A DNA stretch of 64,000 bases, from the NCBI GenBank assembly GCA_965240325.2, contig OZ251249.1:558001-622000 (forward strand), in the 5' to 3' direction. Below are positions 21,568 to 32,595 of this stretch, piece by piece. Both the position numbers and the translations under genes were made by a program. Every line of letters starts with the position of its first letter. The stretch's first letter is position 1. The notes beneath the pieces are model-generated. The model had not been told where the DNA came from and searched no databases. It was given only the letters and a program-made list of their open reading frames with translations. This DNA is from Rebecca billardiae RCC1528 (taxonomy: Eukaryota > Protista > Haptophyta).

Positions 21568-23452
21568 TACCGGTATCCGCGGGTATTGTAGTGGGTCACT
21601 CCAGCAGGTATTATCGACGTCAGTGCTGGTTTAACCTGATTTGCCGCGGTTAGCGCGCAGATACTGGGGATTCCGTCCTGATGCGCTTAGGTAACGAGAT
21701 CCACGGCGGCTTTCTGCTCCGCTCGCTCCGGGCTGGTGCGGGCCTCCGTGGCTGGTGCGGGCCTCCGTGGCACGCACGGACGGCACGGTGGGCGACCCAG
21801 ACCAGTTGACTGGAAGAGAGATGGACTGCAATCGAGGCGAGCTCCACGCGCTCAGCCTCCACTACCTTGTCGAGCTTGGCGAATGCTATACTTTCCTTTC
21901 AAGCGCTCGCATGCATAGAGTCGGATGCCGTCTTGCCGCCGGTGTTACTTTGAAATCCGTTTGAACGTGGTCGCGGCAGGTTGGTTGGCCGGATAGTCAG
22001 GCAGCCAGGCAGGCCTCCTCGGCGTAGACGACGACATGATGCATGCCAAGCGCGCCGATTACGCGCAGAAAGGCGTGCGCACGCGTCCTCGTGCACCTGT
22101 CAGGCTGCAGCCTTGGTAGTGGCAAATATAATCGGATGAGAACAAACCTGTGACTGCCACACTCGGCCACAGCTGCCAGCACACCAGCCAGTGCCTTGCT
22201 GGCGAGCGCGCACCGTGGAGAGGCGGCGAGCGCGCAGAAACTTGAGAGAGATGAAGATCTGCGGCTTGTGACCCACGCTCCTCAGTCAGTGCATCCCGAT
22301 GCGGTCCCAGCTGCAGCTCTTTCATCATATCCGTATCGGATGAGTGACGTACTGAATTTACATATTATCAGTAGTATGCTGATGACTCGTGGCATCACAC
22401 TCCTCAGGCGCCCTCAATACTATTATAAGCAGCAGTGCCGAAATGAGCAGTGCTGTCTGATATCAGCATCCGTGCATTGAGCTCGCGGGCCGCCGCGGTG
22501 GACGTCTCCGCAGCGGCGGACGACGCGGGTCACGCGGTGCCCAGGCTGCGACCTGTGTGCACTCCGCCGGCAATCCGCGTCACGCACATCAGGAAATCTT
22601 CTCCGAAGTCTAAATCGTCCTATACAGCTACGTACGAATAATTTAACGTGTACGTAGGCCACTCGACTTGCACTCGGCAATCACGCCGTGCGCGCGGCCT
22701 GCGGCTGCTGCGTGCGGCAACTCAGCGGCAAGCCGCCAAGCGTGCGTGTCACGCGCAACTGGCAGGTGAGTGAGTTCAGCGCGACGAGTCAGGTGAACGC
22801 GCGCAGATCAGCGCGTGCAGTACGTACACCGCCTACAGCCACTTCTCGACCGATCGCCTACCTGCCTGAAGCAGCTGCAAGGCGTGCAGCCGGGTGTCGC
22901 GGGCACACGGCCAGCCTGGCGGGCATGACACGCCCGCCGGGCCGTACGGCCGCTCGGCGTGCTGCCGCGCGATGCCATCGTGGAGGCATTGTAGCTGGAT
23001 TCAGGGACCCGCCAGTCTGGCAGGCTGTCTGAGGGTAGCCGTAGATACAGACCCAGATGCTGCGACTCGTCAGAATGCAGTAATCATGCCGCGTTCACAG
23101 CGGCCGCCCCAAAACAGGTAGTACCGCCCCCACGCTCTGCCAGGGGATCGTCGACATCGCCACGACATCGTCGGCGTCGCGCGGTCATATCATCGCGGCG
23201 GACGAATTATTATACTATATCAGCAGTAGACTTTATCAGTAGTCGCGTAGACCGGACACTTCATCAGTGACTTCACGTCCCGGCTGTCGCCGGCACGGTC
23301 CGCGCCGCGCCGTACCGGCCGTCCGGCGACGCAGGACGCGGCAGGTGGCCTATGGCGCACTGGCCGGTTCACTGACTCGATCTACTCGGGTGTATGAGGG
23401 TCTGACTGACGAAGAGAGTCTGCTTTCGCCACTACGGTAGTGGCACCGCCGC

Positions 23453-25688
23453 TCAGTTGGCTTTGGCCAAGCGCAAGGGCGCCGAGAGAGCGGCGGCCTG
23501 AAGAGCGGCACCTTGGTCGTGGGCCTCGGAGGCGCAGGCGTCCTGCAGCGCGCAGCAGGCCGTGGCGAGCCGCGACGGCGCCACGTCCGACGAGGCGGGA
23601 GTTCTGGCCGAATCGTGTAACCCGTGCGCGACGAGTGCGCTTCCGGAGCGCGCGTCTGCCGCGCTGCTCGACACGCTTCGACGGCGGCGGCCAAAGCCCG
23701 CGATGACTGCGGCCGCCCCAGCCTCAGGCGAGCGCTGGAGGCGTCGGCCTAGCGCGGTTGGCGAGCACGCGGCCACGCGTGGCTCACGCGGCCGCTGCGT
23801 GAGCAGCGCCGGGGATGGCCAATCCAGCGGCGACGAATCGGCGGCGTCTGCACCGCCGATGGTGTCGCCGGTCTCCTCACGCGGCAACGAGGCGGCCGAC
23901 GCCAGAGGACAGCGCGTGTCATGAAGAGCGCGCAGCTGCATGCGCGTGCTCTCAAACTGCGACGTCCGCACGAGCGTGTGCCACCCCACGCCCTGCAACA
24001 CCACCGCCTCGTGCTGCTGCAGCTGGTCGGCGTCGCAGTCCCACATTGCCAGCCGCGAGGAAAGCGTCGTGAGCGTTGGCGGCGAGTCGGCTGCGCGGCG
24101 CGGCGCGCGCGCGCGCGCGGGCGCGGGGGTGGTGGTCTGTCAGTCATTTGATGCGGGGATGGCAGCGCGCACGCACGTTCGCAGCCATGATGGCGCTCGC
24201 GACTCGCCGGTGCGCGCGCGGTGAGCCGCGCGCACAGTGTGCCTTCAACGCGACCACCACCGCGCCGACCACACGCTCGTGCCACTGCGCGCAGAGCGCA
24301 CGCGCGCCCCAGCGCGCCCAGAGCCGCTCGAGCAGCAGCGCGGCGACGACGAGCAGCTGGTCGTCCAGGTCGAGCGTGAGCTTGAGCACCATCAGGAAGC
24401 GGTACGCAGACTCGGCGGAGGGCGGGGGGCACGCCTCGTCGGCGTCCCCGTCCGACGTTGCCGGGTCGCTGGAGCTCGTTCGCGGCGTAGTGGACGGGTA
24501 GCTCCAGCTGCTGCCGCTGCTGACGCGCGGCAACGACACCAAGCTGCTTCCGCGCAGTCCGCCGACGTTGTTGTCGCCCGCATCGCTGAGCTGATCGTCG
24601 TCGGAGCTTGCTTCGTCGCTGTCGTCGTCGAGCAACATGGCCTCGTCAATGCGGGCTGGACGGCACGCCTGCGAAGCGCACGCGCACCTGCTTTCCCTGC
24701 ACTCGACGCCTTTGAGATGCGCACTGCCGCATTGTGGCAGCGCAGCAGCAGGGAGCGAGTCATCATCATGCTCAGCAGGCGGCGCAGCTGCGTGCGCAGC
24801 CACCGGCGCAGGGTCGTCACTCAGAAGCTGGACGAGGAGGAGCGCGCAGCCCATGACGATGACGTGCGCCTCGATCTGGTCGGCGGGCACATCCGAAGAC
24901 GCGCCCTCCTCGCGCGCACCTGGCTCACGCTGCGACGGCAGCGCGCCGCGCTGAGCCCGGCCCGTCGGGAGCATCTGCGGCGCGGCGCCACGCTTGGAGC
25001 GCACGCCGCTGCCGAGGGCCGCCGCGCTCGTGTCGCGGCTGGCCGGTGGCAAGCCCACGAGCGCCTCGACGTACCGCGAGGTACCCATCGCCTCGTCGAA
25101 GCTGCTCGCGTACTCGGCCAGCTCCCACGCGTCCGCTCCGCGCGGGAGCACGCCATCGATGCCGGGCGCCGAGCTGAGCGCCGCGCTGGTCGCGTGAGCA
25201 CGCGTGCCGGGCGGCGCGGGCTCGGCGAGCAGCACGACGGAGAGCGGCCAACCACTCGAGAGCAGCATGCGCACGAACATCACGGCGTTGCTCTGCGCGG
25301 CGAGCGGGCGCGGACAGGCCGGGGGGCAGAGGCAGGTTGGCGCGTGCGCGTGCGGCAGCGCGCGCGAGCGCGCACGAGGGCGCGGCGGCGCAGAAGGAGC
25401 GCGACGCACCTGCCAAGCGCCGACGTCGCAGAAGATGCGCGTGTACGCGACGCAGCCCTCGTCACGCACGTCCGCGTCGATCGCCTCGAGCGCGCACATG
25501 AACGAGCGCGCGACGTCGGCCCGCGCAAAGCCAGCGGCGCGCAGCTTGGCCTCGGCGCTCGACGCCTCCTCTGCCGACGCGTCGCTGCAGACGAGCAGCG
25601 CGGTGGACTGCGTGCTCAGCGCCAGGAGCGAGGAGGATGACCATCGGCGCTTTCCCATCCCCGCCGGTAGGGTGGACCGCGCCTTCAT
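23453..25688 (-). CDS. Receiver-like domain + cyclin-box fusion protein, paralogue 2
   Basis: ATG at 25688; introns 25293-25409 and 24091-24235 at the same positions as in paralogue 1; same motifs. Confidence 0.72.
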
Positions 25689-26178
25689 CGCCACCAGCCG
25701 TCGCCGAGCGCCCTAGCGCAGGTGTGCCGTCTCGAGCGTGGTGGGAAGGTAGGGAACACAGTCGCCCAGCGAATCTTAAAGAATCTAGGGTCCAACGCCC
25801 GTTCAGGCGTTCATTATTGTGCCTGCTTGGGTGTGCGCAGTGCGCACTCTTCTAATAGTCATTTACAGTTCGTTCGCCAGTGAGGAATGAAAGAGGCGAA
25901 CTCTCCTCGATGACTGCGCAGTAGTTCTTAATTATTGGCGGGAAGGAAGCCTCTTTTAAAATCGATCCCACAATAATAGGATCTTAACCAGCGACAGCCA
26001 CTCTTCAGGGCCACGTGGTCAATGGCCAGGGCTCAAGAATGAATCACCCAGCTACCTGCCGACTGCCGTTCGACGACGTGTCCACTCTATCCTGAGATCA
26101 TTGATTGGGCTCGAGGTAAATCAGTCGCTCATTTACCCGGAACGTACCATACCTGTACGTACCGGTTGGGTCGATGAT

Positions 26179-29007
26179 CTAGGTCGCCGCGTGCGCCGGC
26201 ACGCCCAGGGCGGCTGGGCCGGTCGTCGCCGCCGCGAGCGGCACGAGCGGCTGCGCCATCTTGTAGAACTCGAAGCCGCCGCCGAGGAGGTACGCGTGCA
26301 CGAACGTGAGGACGCGCGACTTGGCGTCGCCGATCTTCGCCTCCTGGTGCGCGGGGTACGCCGAGCCGAGCCACACGTCGAGCATGAGCAGCCCGCGGTC
26401 GTACGTCGCCTCCTGCACCGCAACCGCGCACGACGTCCAGTCGGCCGAGGCCTCGAGCGCGAACGCCTGGACGGCGTCCACCAGCTCGGACACGCGCGGC
26501 GGCGGCGTCTGCGCGGGCAGCTGCACGGCGAGCTTCACCGCCGGCGGCGCCGAGCGGTGCAGGTTGGTCACCGCCATCTTGCGCAGCACGTGGTTCATCA
26601 CGACGAACGACTGGCCCGCGATGCTCACGAGCCGCGTGTGCGTGAGCCAGATCTCCGAGACCGTCGCCGACGCGACCGCCGGCTCGCGCCCCGCGTCGCT
26701 CAGCAGCACGGTGTCGCCAATGTCGAACGGCCGCACGTACAGAACATACAGCATGCCCGCCGCGGTCTCGTACGGGAGCCAGCCGAGCGCGAAGGAGCAC
26801 GAGAGGAGGGCTGTCGCGACGGGGATCACCCACGCCTCCACGTCCATCCCCCACGGCACGAGGAACACCGCGGCGATCAGCAGCACCATCCCCCACGCGC
26901 CGCGCGCGCACGCGTTCACCTTGGCGTTCAGCTCGCCGAACGAGTCGACGGATGCGGAGATGAACCGCTGCTCCTTGTACACGCGCTCGAGCGCGGCGAC
27001 GAACTCGTCGCGCGAGATCGCGTCGAGCGGGAAGAGGCCCGCCAGCGCCTGCAGGTGCTGCGCGCGTGCCTTGCGCCCGCCGAACGTGCGCGGCGGCATC
27101 GCGGCGCCGACCGCGCGGAGCAGCGGCTCGCGCCCGAGCGCGTGCGCGCGCCCCGCAGCGGCCGCGGCCGCGGCGACCGCCGCGTCCGGGTCTGTGGCGC
27201 GGCGCTCGCTCGCGTTGGAGAGGGAGACGCCGAGCGCGTCGTCCTGCGCCACACCCGGCCCGAGCGCCGCCCCCGCCGCCCCCGCCGCCGGCCCCAGCTC
27301 GACGAGCAGCGCGTCGAACGCCTTCTCCGCGCGCCGGCGCGCCGCCTCGAGCGTGCGAGCGATCCCGCCGCCGAGCTCGAGCGAGCTGCGCAGCAGCTCG
27401 AGCTGGGTCGCAAAGTCGCCGGCGAGGGCGTGCCTCGTGTCGAGCGCGGAGCCGGCGGCTGCCGCGCCGCCGCTTCCGCCGCCCTTCGGCGCGCCCGCGC
27501 CGCCGTCAGCGCCGCGGGCGCCGCGCGCCGCGCCGCCGCGCCGCACCGTGGCCGCGGACGCGCCGCGCTGAAGGCCTGCCACCGCCGCCGCGCCGCCGCC
27601 GCCGTCGGCGCTGTGCCGCGCGGCCGCCGGCGCGTCGGCAGCCGCGCGCATGGGCGGCGGCTGCGCGCCGCAGGCTGCTGCCATCGCGCCGCCGCGCGGC
27701 GTGCCCGTCGCCGAGCGCGTCTCGCCGCCGCCGCCGCCCGCGACGGGCGCGCGCAGCCGCCGCGCTTTCTGCCGCCGCCGCGCCGCCTTGCCGACGGTAA
27801 GCAGCAGCCGCGCGGCGCGCAGCGAGACGAGCGCCGCCTGCACGCGCGTCTCGAAGTGCACGATGGAGCGCCTCTCGAACGAGCCGGCGAGCCACGCCTC
27901 GAGCAGCCCCCACGAGAGCGCGCTCACCCCAAGCCAGACGTGCACCGCGCGCAGCCCCGGCGTGCCCAGCAGTGCGCGCCACGCCGCGCTGTCACCATGC
28001 ACCGGCTCGGCGCCCGCCGCGCCGCCGTGCGCAAACAGAGGCATGAGCAGCAGCCAGACGAGCGCCGTCCCCGGCCAGCCCTGGAAGCCCTTGACGACGA
28101 GCGCCGCGCTCGCGGGCACGCCGCCGCAGTACTCCAGCGCGACGAAGAGCGACCACGCCCCGCCCGTCAGCGCGCGCGCCACCGCCAGCAGGTAGAGGGG
28201 GCGCAGCAGCCACACGCGCCACTGGCCGTGCAGCGCCGAGTCCGTGTGCGTCAGGAAGAAGAAGGAAATTGGAAGGAGCAGGAAGAGCAGACGCGCGGCG
28301 GCGGCGCACTCGTTGGCGCACTCGCGCGCGACGAGCGCGCACGCCGGGCCGAGCTCGGCCGCGCACTTGCCCCGCGCGCGCGCGCACGGCGCGCCGCGCG
28401 CGCCTCGGCGCTGGCGGCCGGCCGCCCCGGCGGCGGCGGCGGCGGCGGCGGACGCGGCAGCGGCGCCGCCGCCGCCGCCGCTTGCCGCGTCGCCCGCGAG
28501 CGGCTGCTGCGCCTCGCTCGGCGCCGGGCGGTGCGCCTGGGTGCGGCGCGAGGCGCTCGGAGGGGGCGGCGCGGGCTCTGTCTCCGCGGCCACCTCGCGC
28601 ACAAGCGGGTCGAACGCCAGCTCCGAGTTGCTCAGTGGCACCGCGCCGTGCTGCGCGTCGCCGTCGGCGGACGAGGCCGAGTCGTCTTGGCTGTCCATGC
28701 CGCCGTCGCGCTCGGGCACGGCGTCCGGCGCGTGCTGCTGCTGCTGCTGCTGCTGCAGGAGCTCGGCGTCCACGCGCCCGACGATCACCTCGTCGTGCCG
28801 CACGCCCTGTGAATCCGGCCCGCTCGCCGCCGCGCCGCCCTTGGCATCGGCGCCAAGCTGCGCGAGGCTTGCGACCGCCTGCGCCGCCTCGGCGAAGATC
28901 TCGGCGTCGAGCATGCGCGCGGGGCCGGCAGTCGACGGTATGGTCGACTCGGTGGCGCGGTGCTCGAGCACGCCCACCGGCGGGATGGCGCGGCGGGGCT
29001 CCGCCAT
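26179..29007 (-). CDS. MscS-like mechanosensitive channel, paralogue A (apparently intronless)
   Basis: LYVLYVRPFDIGDTV...VSEIWLTHT...VVMNHVLRKMAVTNLHRS is the MscS signature, preceded by TM helices and ISRDEFVAALERVYKEQRFISASV as in eukaryotic MSL proteins. The start ATG is inferred. Confidence 0.88.
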   Translation of the reverse strand: MAEPRRAIPPVGVLEHRATESTIPSTAGPARMLDAEIFAEAAQAVASLAQLGADAKGGAAASGPDSQGVRHDEVIVGRVDAELLQQQQQQQHAPDAVPERDGGMDSQDDSASSADGDAQHGAVPLSNSELAFDPLVREVAAETEPAPPPPSASRRTQAHRPAPSEAQQPLAGDAASGGGGGAAAASAAAAAAAGAAGRQRRGARGAPCARARGKCAAELGPACALVARECANECAAAARLLFLLLPISFFFLTHTDSALHGQWRVWLLRPLYLLAVARALTGGAWSLFVALEYCGGVPASAALVVKGFQGWPGTALVWLLLMPLFAHGGAAGAEPVHGDSAAWRALLGTPGLRAVHVWLGVSALSWGLLEAWLAGSFERRSIVHFETRVQAALVSLRAARLLLTVGKAARRRQKARRLRAPVAGGGGGETRSATGTPRGGAMAAACGAQPPPMRAAADAPAAARHSADGGGGAAAVAGLQRGASAATVRRGGAARGARGADGGAGAPKGGGSGGAAAAGSALDTRHALAGDFATQLELLRSSLELGGGIARTLEAARRRAEKAFDALLVELGPAAGAAGAALGPGVAQDDALGVSLSNASERRATDPDAAVAAAAAAAGRAHALGREPLLRAVGAAMPPRTFGGRKARAQHLQALAGLFPLDAISRDEFVAALERVYKEQRFISASVDSFGELNAKVNACARGAWGMVLLIAAVFLVPWGMDVEAWVIPVATALLSCSFALGWLPYETAAGMLYVLYVRPFDIGDTVLLSDAGREPAVASATVSEIWLTHTRLVSIAGQSFVVMNHVLRKMAVTNLHRSAPPAVKLAVQLPAQTPPPRVSELVDAVQAFALEASADWTSCAVAVQEATYDRGLLMLDVWLGSAYPAHQEAKIGDAKSRVLTFVHAYLLGGGFEFYKMAQPLVPLAAATTGPAALGVPAHAAT

Positions 29008-29093
29008 GCCGCGTCGATATGTACGCCCTCGCCGTCGGGTGGGACGGCGAGCAGGGGAGAGAGGGGAATCGGTCCCAGACCGGAGCCACAGCC

Positions 29094-32000
29094 ATGGCGG
29101 CGGCGCGCGGCGGACCCGACGACGAGGGCGAGCTGCTGAGCGCGCCCAGCAGCACACCGCGCGCCGTGGACCAGAAAGCGTTCGCGCATGCCATCCACAC
29201 TGTGCTCATGCTCCGCACCCTCGGCGCTGCCGCCTCGGCGCAGACCGCGGCCGGCGCGGCCGCCGCGTTTGCGCCGGCACGGCCGGCGCATCCTCCGCGC
29301 CCGGACGAGATCGTGCTCTCGCGCGTGGACGCGGAGCTGCAGGAAGGCGCGGACTGGGGCGAAGATGAGGCGTCACCAGGGCGGTCGGAGGATCCGTCCG
29401 CCTCTCCCTCGCTGCGCACCGCCGGGGCTGCCGCGCGCGCCGAGGCAGCGGGCTCGCCGGCCGGCAGTCTCGGCGATGCCGACGGCGACGGCGGCGACAG
29501 CCGCGCGGACGAAGGCGCCGAGTGTCTGCCTCGGGCAGATGATGACGAGGGTGGTGGTGATGACGACGACGGCTTCATCTCCGCGTGCTCCTCGGAGCCG
29601 GACTCTGACGGCGACACCGGACTCCAGGATTACGTAGACCCGTCGGCTGAGAGCCCTCTGCTGGCGCTGGGCGCACGCGCCGTCGGCGGCGGTGCGGTGG
29701 CGGCGGTGGGTGACGCAGACGGCGGGCTGCGCGGGGCCAGCGGCTCGGTCTCGGTCGTGGGCGCGCGGCAGGACGCCACACTCGCGCGCACGCCGTCGGA
29801 GCCGGCGTCGAGCGCCGGCGCGCACGCATCGGCGGCCGAACCGTCCGCCCGCCTTTGCGTGCGCACGCCCTCGAGCGCAAGCTGCTGCGCCGCCGCGCTG
29901 CCGCCTGGCTCCGCGGGCACCGGCGTGTCGCAGGGCGCGCCACACGACCGCCCCCACGCCCGCGCGCCCTCGAGCCTCGGCAGCTGCGCCGCCGCCCCGT
30001 CGTCCGGCTCGCGCGCGCGTGGCGGCGCGCGGCGGCGCGACGGCGCGCAGGCGGGAGCGGCGGGACGCGCGCTGGCATCTGCGGCCGAAGCGGCGGAGGC
30101 CTGGGCAGCCGGCGGCGCGGGTGGCGGCGCGGGCGGGCTCGGTGCCCAGCGCAGCCCGCATGCGCCCGGTGTGCACCTCGGCCGCCGGCGCTCGGCACCG
30201 AGCGCGCGCGCGCGGCGGCGTCGGCTGCTCGCCGGCGCGGCGCGGTGTGCCGAGCGCGTGGCACACGAGGCGGCGCTGCTGTGGCCAATCCTGCCGCTGG
30301 CGCTCTTCTTCTGCACGCGCGAGGACGTCGCGATGCGCCTCGCGTGGCGCGTGTGGCTGCTCCGCCCCGTGTACGCGCTCGCGGCCGCGCGGCTCGGCGT
30401 GGCGGCGGCGCACGCGGCGGCGCGCGCCGGCGCCGCCGCCGCGCGGCACTTCCACCACTGTTCCGTGCGGCCAGTAGCAGCAGCCGATGCCGCCCCCTTA
30501 GCGCACCCCTCGCATCTGCTCGCGGGCTGGCCCGGCGTGACGCTGGCGTGGGTCGCGCTCATGTGGGCCGGCTGCGTCGGCGACGCGTGGGGCTTCGCCG
30601 ACGCGCGCGCCTGGGCGGCGCTCTGGCGCACCCCCGGATTCCAGGGCCTACTGGCCTGGCTGACGCTGCTCAGCGGCACGTACTGTGGACTGCGGGCGGC
30701 GCTGCGGCGCGCGGACGGCACCGCGTCCGCACAGCACTTTGGCAGGCGCGTGCGCGCCGCGCTGGTCGCGCTGCGCGCGGTCCGGCTGGTCCTAGCCGCG
30801 GGGCACGCCGCCGCGCGGCAGCAGCTGCCGAGCGGCACGCCGCCGCCGCCGCCCGTCTCGGCCGCGCGGCGCGGCGTCTCCGGCGGCGGCGGCGCACCGC
30901 GCGAGCGCGGCAGCGCACCGCGCGAGCGCGCGCTCGGCTCGGACACGTCAGCTCGAGCAGGGCTGATGCTGCCCCCTGCCGGTGCGGCTCCGCACAACGC
31001 TGGCGAGAGCGTGCACGCGGAGGAGGACGGCGGCTTCCACCGCGCGCTCGGCCGCGCGCTCGGCGACGAGGACGGCAGCGGCGCGCCGCCCGACGGCGCG
31101 CGCCGCTCGGACGAGCTGCTTCTGTGTTTGCTGTGGCAGAGTGTGCGCACCGAGCTGGCGGTTGCGAGCTCGCTGCCCGAGGCGCGGCGGAGGGCGGAGG
31201 AGGCGTTCTGGGCGCTCGAGGCGGCCATGGCCACGTCGACGATGGTGGTGGGCGCTGACGGCGAGCTCGGCGTCTTCGGAGCCGGCGCCGACCGCTTTAC
31301 GGGTGCGGGTGCGGGCGCGGGGGCGCGCGCGGGCGCAGGCGCGGGCGCGCGCGCGGGCGCAGGCGCGGGCGCGGGCGCGGCGGGCGCGCTGGGCGTCGCG
31401 GCGGCGGCGCCGAGGTCCGGCGCGGCCGAGGCGGCGGCGGGCGGTCCCGCGGGCGCGCCGAGCCCGAGCGAGCCGAACGGCGCCGCGGTCGCCGGCGCGG
31501 TGCGCGGCCGGCTGATCCCTCGCGAGTACCTGCTCCGCGCCGCGGCCGCGCAGCTGCCCGCGCAGCTGCCGACGCGCGCGCGCGCCGCGCGGCTGCAGGC
31601 GGTCGCGGATCTCTTCGCGGCCGTGGGCTCGGACGGTCTCGCGCTCGGAGACGTGGTCGGCGCGGTCGAGCGCGCGTACAAGGAGCAGCGCTTCGCCGCC
31701 GCCTCGATCTCCGCCTTCGCCGACCTCTCGGCACTCGGCGGCCGGCTCGCGCGGCTGTGCTGGCTCGGCCTCGCGCTCGGCGCGAGTGCGTACCTGGTCG
31801 ACTGGGGCTTCTTGGATCTTTCGGCATTCGTTCTCTCGACGGGCACGGCGCTACTCTCGTGCGCGCTCGCCCTCGGCCGGCTGCCGTTCGAGGTGGCGGC
31901 CGGCGTGCTGTATGTGCTGTACGCGCGCCCCTTCGACATCGGCGACGCCGTGCAGCTGCTCAGGCCGGGACCGGACGGCGACGCGCGCACGGAGACGGCG

Positions 32001-32495
32001 ATCGTGTCACAGGTGTGGTCGACGCACTCGACCTTTTTGGGCGCGGGCAGCGGCCGCTCGTTCGTGCTGACGAACTACGCGCTGCGCGAGATCGGCGTGG
32101 TCAACCTGCACCGCTCCGCGCCGCCCAAGCTGCGCGTGCGGCTGCAGCTCCCCGCGCGCACGCCGCCCGCCCGCCTCTCCGAGGTCGCCGAGGCCCTCCG
32201 CGCGTACGCTGCCGAGGCGGCCTCGGAGTGGAGCTCGTGCCGCGTGCTGCTCGACGAGCCCCAGTACGGGCAGGGCGCGATGGCGGTGCAGGTGGTGCTG
32301 GGCTCGGCGTATCCGGCGCAGGAGGAGGAGAACATCGGCGCGGCCAAGTGCCGGCTCCTCAGCTTTGCGCACGCATACCTCTCGTCCGCCGGCATCGTCG
32401 GCGCCTTCGCCGAGGCCGCGCAGCCAGTTGCCGGCGCTCAGCTGCTGGCGGGCGCGGGCGCGTCGGCCGTGCGGACGTCGACAGCGACGGCGTGA
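29094..32495 (+). CDS. MscS-like mechanosensitive channel, paralogue B (apparently intronless)
   Basis: LYVLYARPFDIGDAV...VSQVWSTHS...LTNYALREIGVVNLHRS; collinear similarity with paralogue A. The start ATG (GCCATGG) is inferred. Confidence 0.88.
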   Translation: MAAARGGPDDEGELLSAPSSTPRAVDQKAFAHAIHTVLMLRTLGAAASAQTAAGAAAAFAPARPAHPPRPDEIVLSRVDAELQEGADWGEDEASPGRSEDPSASPSLRTAGAAARAEAAGSPAGSLGDADGDGGDSRADEGAECLPRADDDEGGGDDDDGFISACSSEPDSDGDTGLQDYVDPSAESPLLALGARAVGGGAVAAVGDADGGLRGASGSVSVVGARQDATLARTPSEPASSAGAHASAAEPSARLCVRTPSSASCCAAALPPGSAGTGVSQGAPHDRPHARAPSSLGSCAAAPSSGSRARGGARRRDGAQAGAAGRALASAAEAAEAWAAGGAGGGAGGLGAQRSPHAPGVHLGRRRSAPSARARRRRLLAGAARCAERVAHEAALLWPILPLALFFCTREDVAMRLAWRVWLLRPVYALAAARLGVAAAHAAARAGAAAARHFHHCSVRPVAAADAAPLAHPSHLLAGWPGVTLAWVALMWAGCVGDAWGFADARAWAALWRTPGFQGLLAWLTLLSGTYCGLRAALRRADGTASAQHFGRRVRAALVALRAVRLVLAAGHAAARQQLPSGTPPPPPVSAARRGVSGGGGAPRERGSAPRERALGSDTSARAGLMLPPAGAAPHNAGESVHAEEDGGFHRALGRALGDEDGSGAPPDGARRSDELLLCLLWQSVRTELAVASSLPEARRRAEEAFWALEAAMATSTMVVGADGELGVFGAGADRFTGAGAGAGARAGAGAGARAGAGAGAGAAGALGVAAAAPRSGAAEAAAGGPAGAPSPSEPNGAAVAGAVRGRLIPREYLLRAAAAQLPAQLPTRARAARLQAVADLFAAVGSDGLALGDVVGAVERAYKEQRFAAASISAFADLSALGGRLARLCWLGLALGASAYLVDWGFLDLSAFVLSTGTALLSCALALGRLPFEVAAGVLYVLYARPFDIGDAVQLLRPGPDGDARTETAIVSQVWSTHSTFLGAGSGRSFVLTNYALREIGVVNLHRSAPPKLRVRLQLPARTPPARLSEVAEALRAYAAEAASEWSSCRVLLDEPQYGQGAMAVQVVLGSAYPAQEEENIGAAKCRLLSFAHAYLSSAGIVGAFAEAAQPVAGAQLLAGAGASAVRTSTATA

Positions 32496-32514
32496 CAGAC
32501 GAGCAGTAGCACGG

Positions 32515-32595
32515 TATATATCAGATATATATATATATATATATATCTATCTATCTATCTATCTATCGATCTATCTATCTATCTATCTATCTATC
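32515..32595. repeat. (AT)n/(TATC)n microsatellite, continuing at 33449-33490
   Basis: Directly visible. Confidence 0.95.

Noticed and set aside
21630-23440. Possible piggyBac end (TTAACC at 21631) or a gene in this lower-GC spacer
   Set aside because: I found no matching GGTTAA right end and no recognisable protein motif; only a 2 x 20-bp duplication near 21731-21770.
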